A stretch of DNA of 64,000 bases, taken from the NCBI RefSeq assembly GCF_004010195.1, contig NC_057735.1, forward strand, positions 33,398,064 to 33,462,063, in the 5' to 3' direction. Position 1 is the first letter of the stretch, and each line of letters opens with the position of its first letter. The notes beneath the pieces are model-generated. The model was not told where the DNA came from, did not search any database, and saw only the letters and a program-made list of their open reading frames with translations. The translations under genes were made by a program, and so were the position numbers. The stretch comes from Chiloscyllium plagiosum (lineage: Eukaryota). Of this stretch, positions 52,141 through 64,000 are shown piece after piece.

Positions 52141-53124
52141 GTTTGGAAAGATTTTACAGGCAATAGATGCCAAGTGGAAGTGCAGATTATATATTTCTTG
52201 CAAATATTAAAATTATCTACTTCATTTCTCAATTGAACAATGAAATTATTTTTAAAATGTGTAATGCTTTGATTTTGTACTTACGTTAACTTCTTGTTTA
52301 TTCAAGCAGGAGGCCTCTCCACAGTTTGCTAATGAATGATTAGTTCTGAAGACAATACCTTTTTCCAGTACATAGCGGCCATTAATGATGACCAATAATG
52401 TGAGACAACCTCAGTTAACTGTGTTGAGAGCAGCAAGGGGCAACAACTTGAAATGTCAGTGACTAGCAGTCTTTAGGAACAAAGTTGATCATTTCCTGTG
52501 CATGTTTCTGTTCAAAGGGTAATGGTGAGGGAATAGCTAATAGCTCTCAGTCTTTATAAAAACCCACACCACAACATTGATTCAAAAGGCCAACTAGTCG
52601 TAATAATTATCAAGCATTTCCAAAACATTTTTTTCTTCTTGCCTTTACCTACAACCACACAAGTTGCCTTATCAACTGCAGTTCTGCTTAAACTGATTGA
52701 TGTACCCTGCTGCTGCTGGTCTTCCCTCACCATGCAGCCTTTGAACAGAAACATTCACAGAAAACGATCAACTTTGTACCTAATGACTGCTAGTCACTGA
52801 CATTTCAAGTTGCTACCCTTGGTGCTCTCAACACAGTTAACTGAGGTTGTCTCACATTATTAGGTAAGACAAAGCCATTCATGCTGCCTAAGTGCTAGAA
52901 AGCAAGTTGGCTTCAGAACTAGTCATTCATTAGCAAACTGTAGTGAGGCCTCCTGTTTTGAATAAGCAGGAAGTTAGTATAGATATAAAATCAAAACATT
53001 ACACAAATTTAAATTATTACATTAAACTGTTCAATTGAAAGATAAAGTAGATAATTTTAAATGTGCAAGATATATATAACGAGCACTTCCAGTGGCATCT
53101 AATTCCTGCAAAATCTTTCCAAAC
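52141..53124. repeat. Long imperfect inverted repeat (~400-nt arms, 188-nt spacer)
   Basis: 52141-52533 is the reverse complement of 52722-53124; the inner part includes a 38-nt perfect match ataatgtgagacaacctcagttaactgtgttgagagca. Confidence 0.97.
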
Positions 53125-55964
53125 ACAATCCATTGATTGTTTTGTCTGAAACAGCAGCAAGTCACGGCTGAGTATGCAGGAAGTGTGCAAATTAGAAGTG
53201 AGGAAAATGGCTGTAGAACTGACAATGACAAACTATTATACTGGGGCAGAAACCAATTCTTCTCTCAAGGGAAAAGTGGTTAGGCACACAAAGACAAATC
53301 AAAAATTGAACTTAAGAGACGTACAAGGCTGTGGGCTTAATTTTAGATTGCTTTAATGGAGGATTAGTTCTGACATAATGGACCAAATGGCCTTCATTAT
53401 GCTGTTAACTTTTATGTTTCCAAGGACATGAAAATAACCAGTTCCGAATGACCAGTCAGGCAAACCTATCAATAGGACACAGGAGAAGGTGATAGTCAGC
53501 AGCTAGGAGCCGTTAGGTTTCCCTGGGGCTCCTTTGCTTTGCCTGCAGTTTGTCAGCTTTATATTAATAAAGGACAATGCTCATAATCGATTGAGCTTCC
53601 CATTGCCATAATGGGGCATCTGATTGAAAACTGTACGGAAGAAAAATTTAAGTCTTAATCTTGCTCCCTTTGAAGTTGTACAGAAGCAAAGGTTAGTGCT
53701 GTTTTTTAATTTATTCACAGGTTACGGGCGATGCTGGTAAAACTGCATTTAGTGCTAATCTCTATTTACCCGAAGGGAGTGGCTGTGGGTCTTTCCTTGA
53801 ACCATTGCATCGTTGTGCAGATGGATTTCCAATTTAAATTGGAAAGCTATTTGTTTCTCTGGCTGATTTATTGTGAAATATTAAAAGTGAATATTACTGC
53901 ATGCAGTTTACGTTTTATGGCACTTAGCCTTTCTTTAGTTGACCATGAAAAAAGCAAATAAAGATAGTTATTCAGAATGTTTTATATTTCAGAAATGAAG
54001 TCAAATTGCCTATCAGTTTGGATTTTACTTAATGCAAATTCATCTTCAAGCCAGTTGATTAGACTCCCTCTGATTGACTCTTGCCCATGTCAATTACATT
54101 AAGCTCTCCTGTTCTTTAGTTTCAAATTCATCTAAAATATATTTTCTGTTTGGGACTTGCCAAGTTAGATGTACATTCAGAAAGTGTAAATAAGCAGCCC
54201 ATGACCATACGAAACATTTCTTATTTATACATTGTAAATGTTTTGAGTTAAGTTTTAAAAGTAGTTTACTAGACTCAATGGGTTTCCCTGTAGCCTGTCA
54301 TTCTAACGTTACTGAGTCCCAGCCTTCAAAGTAGAATGAGTGTCCATGGTTATTAAAGGTATCTATCAGTGCTAAAATATAGTTACTAGATACAGTTAAT
54401 CCCTTTTCACAAAATTACAACTTTTCAAAACACAGAGCTAGAGATCCAGCTGATTAACACAATCTTTTTGGCATCAGTGACATACACTGGCAATAATACT
54501 GAATCATACCTTGTCATATTAGTACAGTTGTTTGTCTACTGAATCCATGTAGAAAAGGCAGATTATTATTCCAATCAGTATTAACTTAGCATCTGCCTGC
54601 CATTTTGAGATTCAGTAGCATCGCCAGTGCCCCTTCTAATTCATACTATTGAACACATGCATCGACAAAAGGAAAACTCCACTATCTGATTTAAAGCAAT
54701 TCTCAGTTCTTTACAGGTTTATTAGTAGCTGATTCTTCTTGCTATGATTCTTAAAAATGCTTTGTCTTTTCCATGTTGTTTCAAGTTGAAAACTTTTATA
54801 GGAATGATGTGACAAATGCTAAAGGACTTTCTTTTTGTTGACTGTCAGGCTTATGTATAAACCAGTTTCTTCAAAATATGGGTGGATCTGCAGCAATGCT
54901 TTAAAATCAAAACATAACTGGGTGAATAAGCTAGAAACTTCACAGAGCAGGGCAAGCTGCTGGAAGGAGTAGGAGTAAAGATGAAAGGTCTTTCAAAAGG
55001 AGAGCATATCCACCCAGGATGTTCATCAACTGTTCACTCACCTGAATGTTAACAAAGAACTGTGATTTCTGTGCTGCTGTAAAGGCATTTCCATTAAAAT
55101 TGCCATCAGTCAATCACAACTAAAATACCAAAGCAAACCAAAGATTATTGCATCGGGTTATGAAGGTGACTGTGACAATGAACTTTTATGTAACTGACTG
55201 TTTTTAAAATTATTTGAAATATTTGCAGCAATTCACAGATTTTTATTCATTGTTATGTTAGGGAGGTCATTGAGGCTCCCAACTTGATGAGAAGAAACTA
55301 TATTTTATTCTCTCTTGCGAGGGAACAGAAGAAAGACTGAGCACATGCATTTCAGCTCGTGAATCAGGAGAGAGTATTGGATAGGGGTAATGAGTCCTGA
55401 GAAGGAGGAGGATTAAGTCTGTGGATACTATTATTAGTGCTTTCAAGCTCTGTTGCTGGTCATGTCCTAATGCTTCAGTGGGATGAGTCATGGAGGTGTG
55501 CCCTCACTTCCTGCTTGTGTGTCACTTCTGTCATGCAGTAGAGAGAGTAGTGCATCAGTAAGTTCCATATAATCTGTTAGGCTAATATCCCTGTCATTAG
55601 TGAACTGCTGGGAGATGTGGGGTGGTGCTATGTAAGCAGATCCAATTTATTAGACTAAGTGACAGTATTTGAAATCTGGAGTGGTCACTCCTCTGCAAGG
55701 ATTATGATGGGGAACCCATTCAGTTCATGAACCTCTTTTGTAACAAGATCTGAAATATTGCATTTTGTGTTGTAAACTTTAACAAAGTAATCATTTCATA
55801 ATAACTGTTCATTATGTATCAACCCATTCTTTATGAGGTTAAGTTCAGTTGTGGAAGGCCTGTTTTTCAGACTCAACAAAATGATGAATAAAAGTGTTTG
55901 AACAGTAGCTGGGGTGAGTGGTGCTGTTGCTACTGTATTACATATGGAGACATCATCTGCCAGC

Positions 55965-56185
55965 TGAAACCACTTGTGGGAACTCATTGTAACCTCTGTC
56001 ACCCTGATCCTCAGGGCTTTGTGCCTAATGCTGACCTCCATGGCTATCTGATCCCATGGACATCTGTGTAAGAGTCTGCATGTACATGCACCCCTGAGGG
56101 TACACAGCATCCTTTCTTCCTTTCTATTTATTTCACCAAACCTTCCAGCACAGCACCTGGAAACTTTGGAACATGTTCTCTCTCC
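55965..56185 (-). pseudogene. Decayed Harbinger Myb/SANT-like ORF
   Basis: REHVPKFPGAVLEGLVK*IERK, DAVYPQG and PWDQIAMEVS....LR resemble R.PRFS...LE.LV.EV..RR.VL.P...W..IA.EV.....R. Confidence 0.6.
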
Positions 56186-59100
56186 AGTTGTGTCATTCCT
56201 CCCTCATGGCCAGGCCCCATTCTCTTCAGCCACAATGTCCAGCAGCTGATGCAGTCACAATGTAACTTCCCTTTTGAGACTGGCAGTTTAAGCATATGCT
56301 GCATGAGGATTATAAAACAAGGATTCTTTATTTCACTGGAATAGCCATTAATAGAAAAGTCTAACTAAAAGGAATGAACCATCTGCAATAAATATTTACG
56401 GAGTGTTCGAGATCCATTGGGATACCGTTGTTGAGTGTAGTTCTGATCCCTAATCAGCCTAACCAGTTTAGTTGATGGAACGTCAAACCTCCTATGACTA
56501 AGAGATGAAGATTACCTTGTCTCTAGATACAAAGAGCAACTCCACCTCCTCACAGCCTATCACTCTGATTTTGCCTAGATGGTCCATCTAGGTCACCTGC
56601 AGCCAGTTGACCTCTGCACTAGCACGTCCTAGTTCACAGCCACCTTCAATGCCATTTGTCTGTGCTATTTATGACCCTGGCAATTCTGGACAGACTGGAA
56701 CAGTGCTCTCAATCCTGGTTGCTTCTCCCTCTCTGTGTCTCTCACTGTGTCTCTGTATAAGGCTTCTCTGGCTCAGGGGTGCGGACTATTGAACTCATTA
56801 GTTGTCTAGCAGCTTCATGCACCCACCGTGGGAGATTTCCAACTCACATGTTCTGGGCATCTGCTCTATGTTTTGTCTTTTGCCTCCTGGTATCTGGCTC
56901 AGCCCCTCAGCTCGTCAGAGGCTGTACCACATCCTATGGGAAGGTGTGCAGAGGGATAGATTAATTCACAGTGCACACTAGCTTTAAGTTCTGCTAGCTA
57001 CTTGTGGTCCTGAATTTATTCTATGTGGCATTGCGCTCCCTTTCAGTCTCCAATCCTTTCTGGGCCAGTGCCAGTCCAAGACTGGCTGCTCTTTATGTGC
57101 TGGCCATGCCGAGAGGAACAAAGGGCACTACCTCTACTGCAGTCAGACAGTCAGGAGCACTTCAATGAACTGGAACTTTGAGTATTTGTGGGCTGGCAAG
57201 TGGTTTGGAGAACATAGTTTGAGAAGGGGATTGGAAACCTGTGAGGGTGTTACATCCAATGGCCCTGAGGGCTAGTTAAATAGAGGCTAATCTACCACCC
57301 TCCCCAGCCTTGCCCACCACTAGCCAACACAATCATGGGATGAGGCCTGGGAGTGGGCAGACACTGGTGGGTTGTCAGGCACGTTGCTGGTATAACTGAT
57401 AGAGGCAGGGGTGGGGAGTTAGCTGCTTTCCAGGTTGTCTCCTGGATTTACTATGCAGCTCTTCCCTGCCTTCAAGCCCATCAGCCCATGATAATGATAC
57501 TGAACTGGTGCACACGGCCAATAGTTAGCATGGTCCAGGAGCAAATTCATTCTAACGAACAAGATGCGTAAAATTGTCAGCTGCCAGGCTTTGCATTTAT
57601 CAATAGATCTAGCGTTGCAGTGTCAGCACCTGTATTTTGGGGCTTATCCAATTTGATCCAAAATGACTTTGCAAGGATGTTTAATGTTTGATCGAAACAT
57701 CAAATATATTAATGTATCGTAAGGTATAATTGCACTGAAGGTGCCTGAATGATAAATTGGTCTTTCTCATTTTCAAATAAATAAGGGATTCCTCACTGAT
57801 TTTTTTTCATGAAGTGTCTGTTAAATGAAATTAAAAATCTTCATCTGGTGAAAGAATACAACTTTCAAACTAACGCTAATTTAAAGAACTGAATATGTTC
57901 CATTCTCAAGGCACTTGGTGTTCTTGGGTATTTTAATGTTCTCTAATTTCAAGCGTAGATGTGCAGGTTGGAATATTTATATACTCGATTATTGTTGGCC
58001 AAGTAAAGTTTTGACTTACATAGCAGTAATAAATATAAAACATAGTTTTTGAAAATAGATAATTTATTTATTGAATTACAGAATAATTCTGCATCCTATT
58101 TTAAAATCCTTAATAATAGAAGTGTAAGCATGTTATACAAAATTGAATCCCAGTCAACACAGAACTAAATATCGCACATGTGGTGAATGAAATTGATCCT
58201 CACCCAGCATATGAGCTCCTTGTTTGCAAATTTCACAAAATTCATGGAGAATGTTTATACAAGTGTTTCTGTCTTCAACATTAAGAGTTTTGCAGAGTTC
58301 TGTTCCATTTCTTTGAAGGTCCATTTTGAGATAATATACTAAGGACTGCCTTATGCTTTACTTGGCTTTTGCATGCTTTGTAGGGGGTGGTTTCAAGAAT
58401 TTCATTTAGCTTATTCTTTGGTTCTTTTATTACATTATAGGCAAAGTTCCAGTGCAGTATGATTGTCTACTATGAGGTGGGGAAGTGTAATATTGAATTA
58501 GATTAGTGAGGAACAGACTTATATTGCAAAACATACATCAACTTTAATGCACTATACCAGAATGGAAACCATGCGCACAATTACTAAATTGCTTCTTTTA
58601 AATATATTAATGGAAAATTCAGTATCATATTCAGTAACTTGATGTAGGTCACACATTTCTTGCAGGAAATGTTATAATTATATGGTTAATAAAATTATTA
58701 TGTTTTAGGATTGGGTTTTTAATTTTAAGGTAAAATGAAATGGGTCATTGACCTGTTATGAGTCAGCCTAGTTTAATTGCTTGCAATAAAAAGGGGGTTG
58801 TTGCAATCTGATAAGAAGAGGTCAAATGGCTCCCCTTTGCTCCCTCTCCTCATTTGACTGCAGTAGGTTGTTTTGTTTGAAAAGGATTACTTGTCAATTC
58901 AATGAGTACTTAACTATTTATGCATTGTGATCATGAAAGAACCAATAACCAATTTTAAAACCAGATTTTCTTGACTAGAACAAAGAATGAAGCTTACTTT
59001 ATTGGCCTGGAGTTTCCAAAGGCCATATAATTGTTTTTGCAGTAAGCTGGGAGTTGCATATCAGAACACTGGGAATCGAGGATGTAGCAGACTCTGAGAC

Positions 59101-60551
59101 AATTTGAAGATTTTGAAGGACAATTCCGCAGGAAACTACTGAAAGTATACATTTAAATTGAAGAATTCAAAAGGTTCCATTTAATAGTTAACTGTGGCTC
59201 AGCCATTACTTACACACACACACACAAACAATTGCCACATGTGTCCAAGCACATTTTCAATGGACTCCTCACAGTCCCAGACTCTGACCCAATACCTCTC
59301 CCCAGTTGCCTGGAACTGACTTCCCCTCAACTCCTGGAACTTGATACCAGCCCGTGTAATCTGACACCCCTCTCCCCTGCCCTGACTGCCCTTCCGACTG
59401 GGACTCAAAACCACACCACCCACACATCCTTATTGGACTCAAAATCTCTTTCCCCACTGAACTTAATGGCCACCAACCATCCCTACTAACGCTGAATACT
59501 CAATCACTCACTGGCACCCTCTCTACTGGCTCCCTGGCATGCTACTGATCTGGCACTCTAACTCACTTCCCTAAAATACATAGCCTTTCACAGAAGCTGT
59601 CAAAGCATCTATCTGTGCTACTGTACATTTAAATCACAGAATACAGCAACTGCTGCCATGAGAAAAGACATGTAGTTTCCCTCTGTCCTGACCTGCATTA
59701 CAAGGACACAGTTGTATTTAAGGTGTACACTGAATTTCTGCAAGAACCGTGATTGGAATCCCCTGCCAGTAATGGGAAGCTCTTTCTTAATGTAGAAAAA
59801 TAGGAGTGTAATGATAATCTGACAGATTGTCAGTTCCTGGGAAAGCTAGTCAGTTAAACTTTGATTGATCTCAGTGAAATTATCGAATATGAAATTGACT
59901 CTCTCTCTCTTTTCCCCTTTCTCACACTCTCTCTCTCTCTAAGTTCAAATGTACATAAATACATACACACACCTGCACACAGTCACTCACTCACCCACTC
60001 CTAAAGTTCACATGTACTTAAATACAAATTACAGAGTAGGGATATATTGGCCAAATCATAATGTGTTTAAAAAAAATGAGTTTGCTGTTTGCAGACAATG
60101 ACTTCAGTAACATGGTGAATTCAAGCTAAATTTTGGAGTCTCTGTTCTTCAGATTTCTAGATGTAGACAAAAAAGTTGATTGTTTTTTAGAGACGATAAT
60201 ATCAGATTGGATTCTTTTAAGAAATAACAGTCAACCAATATCTGACCCAGAGTATTCTCTGTCAATAAATAAGGCTCAAAGCTTATCAGGTAGAAGACTA
60301 GGAGAAATAGGAGGGACTCTTCTCTCAGCTGCTTGCTCTCAATTACTGAGAAAACATGTACTTAAAACATATGAAGAGTCGGCTTGTCATGTGACCTGCT
60401 TTCTCCAACTGTCTAAAATTTGGGAAAAGCTATTGCCAATGTATTCCAAACTTAATTAGATTTGCTCATATTTGTAAGTCATCCTCGCCAAAACCTCATT
60501 GTCTAAACAATGAACCTTAAAGTCTCATCTGGAGTTGAACTCATGTGGAGT

Positions 60552-60640
60552 TGAAATGCCCATCAGCCATGATTGAATGGCGGAGTGGACTCGATGGGCT
60601 GAATGGCCTTACTTCCACTCCTATGTCTTATGGTCTTATC
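60552..60640 (+). mobile_element. CR1 LINE extreme 3' end
   Basis: atcagccatgattgaatggcggagtggactcgatgggctgaatggcc..cctatgtcttatggtcttat. Confidence 0.85.
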
Positions 60641-61133
60641 TCCAATTGTGAAATGTCTCAACTAATTGCTCCATGTTTACTTTGCTAATGAGATGGAAGA
60701 TGCCAGTCCTTGACAATCCCTTGAAATTATAGTCTTTGCATTTTGCAGGCTGTCTCGGATCACAATGGGGTTTGGAATCTGAAATGTGCAGAAGTGCAAA
60801 TTCTATCATCACCTTAGCTGTGATTTCAAATTATTGTAACGTATTGTAAAAGAGTCTCTTTGTAAAAATCCAATTCATAGTCCACTCAGTGAACTAAAAT
60901 CATTATTGCTCTTAAGCACATCTTCATCGGAGGGACAAAACTGTGTTCCTTAAAAAAAAATGCAACGCGTTTATGATTGGAAACAGCATACTGTATAATA
61001 AGTGGAAGTCTCCAATGTTCCTGAAAACATATTGGGGATATTAGGTTGTAAACTCTTATGCTTAAAAATGTTCATTTATTCCAAGATGAAAAACAGAGAT
61101 GGGTTCACAGGGGAAATTAGCACTTTTATATGG

Positions 61134-61254
61134 GATGAGAGTGTGGTGCTGGAAAAACACAGCAGGTCAGGCATCATCCTGCTCCTTGGATGTTATTTTC
61201 CAGCACCACACACTTGACTCTGATCTCCAGCATCTGCAGTCCTTACTTTCTCTT
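61134..61254. mobile_element. Internally deleted inverted mini-PLE (family A, hammerhead absent)
   Basis: gtgtggtgctggaaaa / ttttccagcaccacac arms, tail on the right, TSD ttttatatgg at 61124-61133 and 61255-61264. Confidence 0.85.
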
Positions 61255-62949
61255 TTTTATATGGATATAAGGCCCATGTGATTCACAATGCTGTTGAAAT
61301 GATTTTTGAGAGGGGAAGGATACTTGAGGTATCCCTGATAACTCCTGTACACAGTTTGTCAGCCAAATGCTGAATATTTCTGTGGTTCACCATGGAAAAC
61401 TGCACATACTGAGATGTCATAATGAGGTTCGAAGATTTGCCTGGTGATAACAAGTGGAAGAAATCTGGAAAATTTCCATCATGAAAGAAAGCGCTAGAGT
61501 TTAAAAAAAAAAATCAAGCTGGGAAAGGAAATGATCATATTTAATCCCTGGAGTACTAAGAATCATTTTGGACTGATTCTGGGAAAATTGAAAATCAACT
61601 TCAAGGAAAATATAAAGCATACCTTCAAGATTTTTTTTTGATCTGTTGAAATTAAGAAGGGAAAAGTTCTGTTCTGTGGTTTGATGTAAAGCAGCCTTCA
61701 AAAATAATGTTTAATCAATAGTTCGTTCAGTTTGGTGTTACAGTAAAATCTTTGAAACATAAAACTTTGTTGTGTTGTCCTTTCAACCATGAACTGGAAA
61801 TTCATGATTCATTCTTTTTAAAAGCATTCAATCTCTATGAGGATGGTCACAATCAAGAAATCTTTTGTGCTTAACAAGATCAGAAAGCAATTTCAGAACT
61901 AAGGCAATCACAAGGATGATTGAAATTGCTCAGACATTTGCATTGTTCCACCAATTTAAGTGCATTACTTTCAGGTTGATGGAAATTGGGTGCTGAAAGA
62001 ACAGCAGTTAGGTGCTGAAAGTATAGTTGATATAAGTTGACATGAGGAATGTCTGACAAGAGCATAATTACAAATTCACTATCTATTTAAAAATGCAGCC
62101 ATATGTTCCTGCTCACTTACTGGATATCAGCATTATTGTCCAATTCGGAGTGTGACAAATAGTATTGAGAATATATTGTGCAGGTTTGATATTGGGCTGT
62201 GCTGAATAGTGTTGTCTAACAAACAAATAGTAATTAATAAGTTGCTTGACTGATTAAGTCAGTGTGCATTGCATGTGAAACTCATTTTACAGATGCATAA
62301 TATGTAGACAAATTGTAGTTACACTCTTTAAATACTGTCCTTTGGATCAACACCAAAGAACACTGATCATTGTTTTTATAAACAAGGATTAGGTTGTTAA
62401 TTCATTCGTGGGATGTGAGCATCATTGACAAGGCCAGCATTTGTAGTCTTTTCCTACTAATTGATGAGAAGTGGTCATGAGCTGCTTACTTGAACTACTG
62501 CAGTCCTTGTGATATAAGCATATTCACAATGTTGATAGTGCTGGGAGTTCAAGGATTTAGTCTCAGAAGCAATAAAGGAGTAGCAATGTATTTCCAAGCC
62601 AGGACGGTGTGTTAGGCATGAATATTTAAAAAAATCAATTTCACAAAAGAATATTCTTTAATGTTCTGTCATTTGGTACAATATTGCTTGATACTAGTTG
62701 AGTTCAGTGAATATTGTAACCTAGAAAACACCAAGCACTTACAGCATAATTGATTACATTAGTATGTGTTTTTAGTCCAAAATATCAGTATTGGGAATAT
62801 TCTTGAAATATTTGGGTGGTACGGTGGCTCAGAGCGCCAGAGACCCGGATTCAATTCCAGTCTCTGGCAACTGTCTAGGTGGAGTTTGCACGTTATCCCC
62901 ATGTCAGCATGGATTTCCTTCAGGTGCTCCAATTGCCTCCCACAGTCCA

Positions 62950-63687
62950 GAGTCAGGAGTGTAGTGCTGGAAAAGCATAGCAGGTTAGGCAGCATCCAAG
63001 GAGCAGGAGAATCAATGTTTCAAGCATAAACCCTTCATCAGGAATGAGGCTTGTGAACTGGGGTGCTGAGAGATAAGTGGGACGTGGGTGCGGTTGGGGG
63101 GGGCAGGTAGCTGAGAATGTGATAGGTGGATGAAGGTGAGGGAGAAGGTGATAGGTCGGAGAGAAAGGTGGAGTCAACGGACAGGTCAGGAGGGTGCGGC
63201 TGAGTTGAAGACTTGGGACTGGGATACTGTGGGGGGAGGGGAAATGAGAAAATTGGTGAAATCCACATTGATCCCATGTGGTTGCAGGGTCCCAACACAG
63301 AATATGAGGCGTTCTTCCTCCAGGCATCTGATGATAATGGTTTGGCGATGGAGAAATGAGATTACTTACTTACAGTGTGGAAACAGGCCCTTCGGCCCAA
63401 CAAGTCCACACCGACACTCCGAAGAGCAACACACCCAGACCCATTCCTCTACATTTACCCCTGCACCTAACACTACGGGCAATTTAGCATGGCCAATTCA
63501 CCTAATCTGCACATTTTTGGACTGTGGGAGGAAACCAGAGCACCGGGAGGAAACCCACGCAGACACGGGGAGAGTGTGCAAACTCTACACAGTCAGTCGC
63601 CTGAGGCGGGAATTGAACCCAGGTCTCTGGCTCTGTGAGGCAGCAGTGCTAACCACTGTGCTACCGTGCCAAGAAGGCTCATTTTAT
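62950..63687 (-). mobile_element. PLE 3' fragment (family A) nested in HE1
   Basis: Homologous to 6722-7150; hammerhead CUGAUGA-A-GGGU-UUAU-GCUU-GAAAC at 63014-63041. Confidence 0.88.
63357..63670 (-). mobile_element. HE1 SINE nested in the PLE
   Basis: Full antisense HE1. Confidence 0.93.
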
Positions 63688-64000
63688 CCAGGGATATGTA
63701 GGCTAAGTGGATTAGCCCTGGGAAATTCAGAGTTTCAGGACAGTGTTGGGGGATGGGTCTGGGTGGGATGTTCTTTGGAGGGTTAATATGGACTCAGTGG
63801 GTCAAATAGCCTGCTTCCATACCATAGGGATTCTATAATTCTATGATTTAGAACTGAAATGGCAGAAGTTACTAATTTCGGCAACAGTGCAGAATTAAAT
63901 GGCAGCCAGTGACGAGTGGTGTTCCCTAAGACTGTGTTGGGACCACAACTTTTCAATTTCTCATGTTTCATTTTCTCAGCAGTTTATTTGGGAATTTAGC

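Larger units (their letters stand above)
62813..63848 (+). mobile_element. HE1 SINE split by nested insertions (head 62813-62949, remainder ~63688-63848)
   Basis: Head and body stop at cccacagtccag and resume at tccagggatatgtaggc..gggattctat. Confidence 0.8.

Noticed and set aside
58734-60470. LTR-like tract (also 21515-22340 and 30750-31070)
   Set aside because: Composition is suggestive, but termini, TSD and primer-binding site could not be fixed by eye
1-64000. CRISPR arrays, operons, rRNA or other prokaryotic systems
   Set aside because: Vertebrate repeat landscape; no repeat-spacer periodicity or long ORFs

Overview
Repeat-rich, AT-rich, essentially non-coding vertebrate DNA. The repeats identify a shark (elasmobranch), and the HE1 tail style suggests a carpet/bamboo shark (inference). 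No intact host protein-coding gene is recognisable, and nearly all ORFs in the track are transposon debris. Contents: about 11 HE1 tRNA-derived SINEs; several CR1/HER1 LINE fragments; RTE, Rex1/Babar and L2 remnants; a solo LTR; Harbinger (PIF) remnants; many Penelope-like elements (PLEs); and one 383-nt assembly gap. Two signals stand out. (1) At least four sequence families of minimal type-I hammerhead-ribozyme motifs sit in PLE termini, several inside 120-230 bp non-coding inverted-repeat or single-arm insertions with 10-15 bp target-site duplications (TSDs); one is a perfect 89+1+89 nt palindrome. (2) A ~1 kb imperfect inverted repeat (52141-53124) lies between a decayed Harbinger-transposase-like N-terminus and a possible divergent Myb/SANT-like start. 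All family assignments come from recognising motifs by eye, not from database searches.
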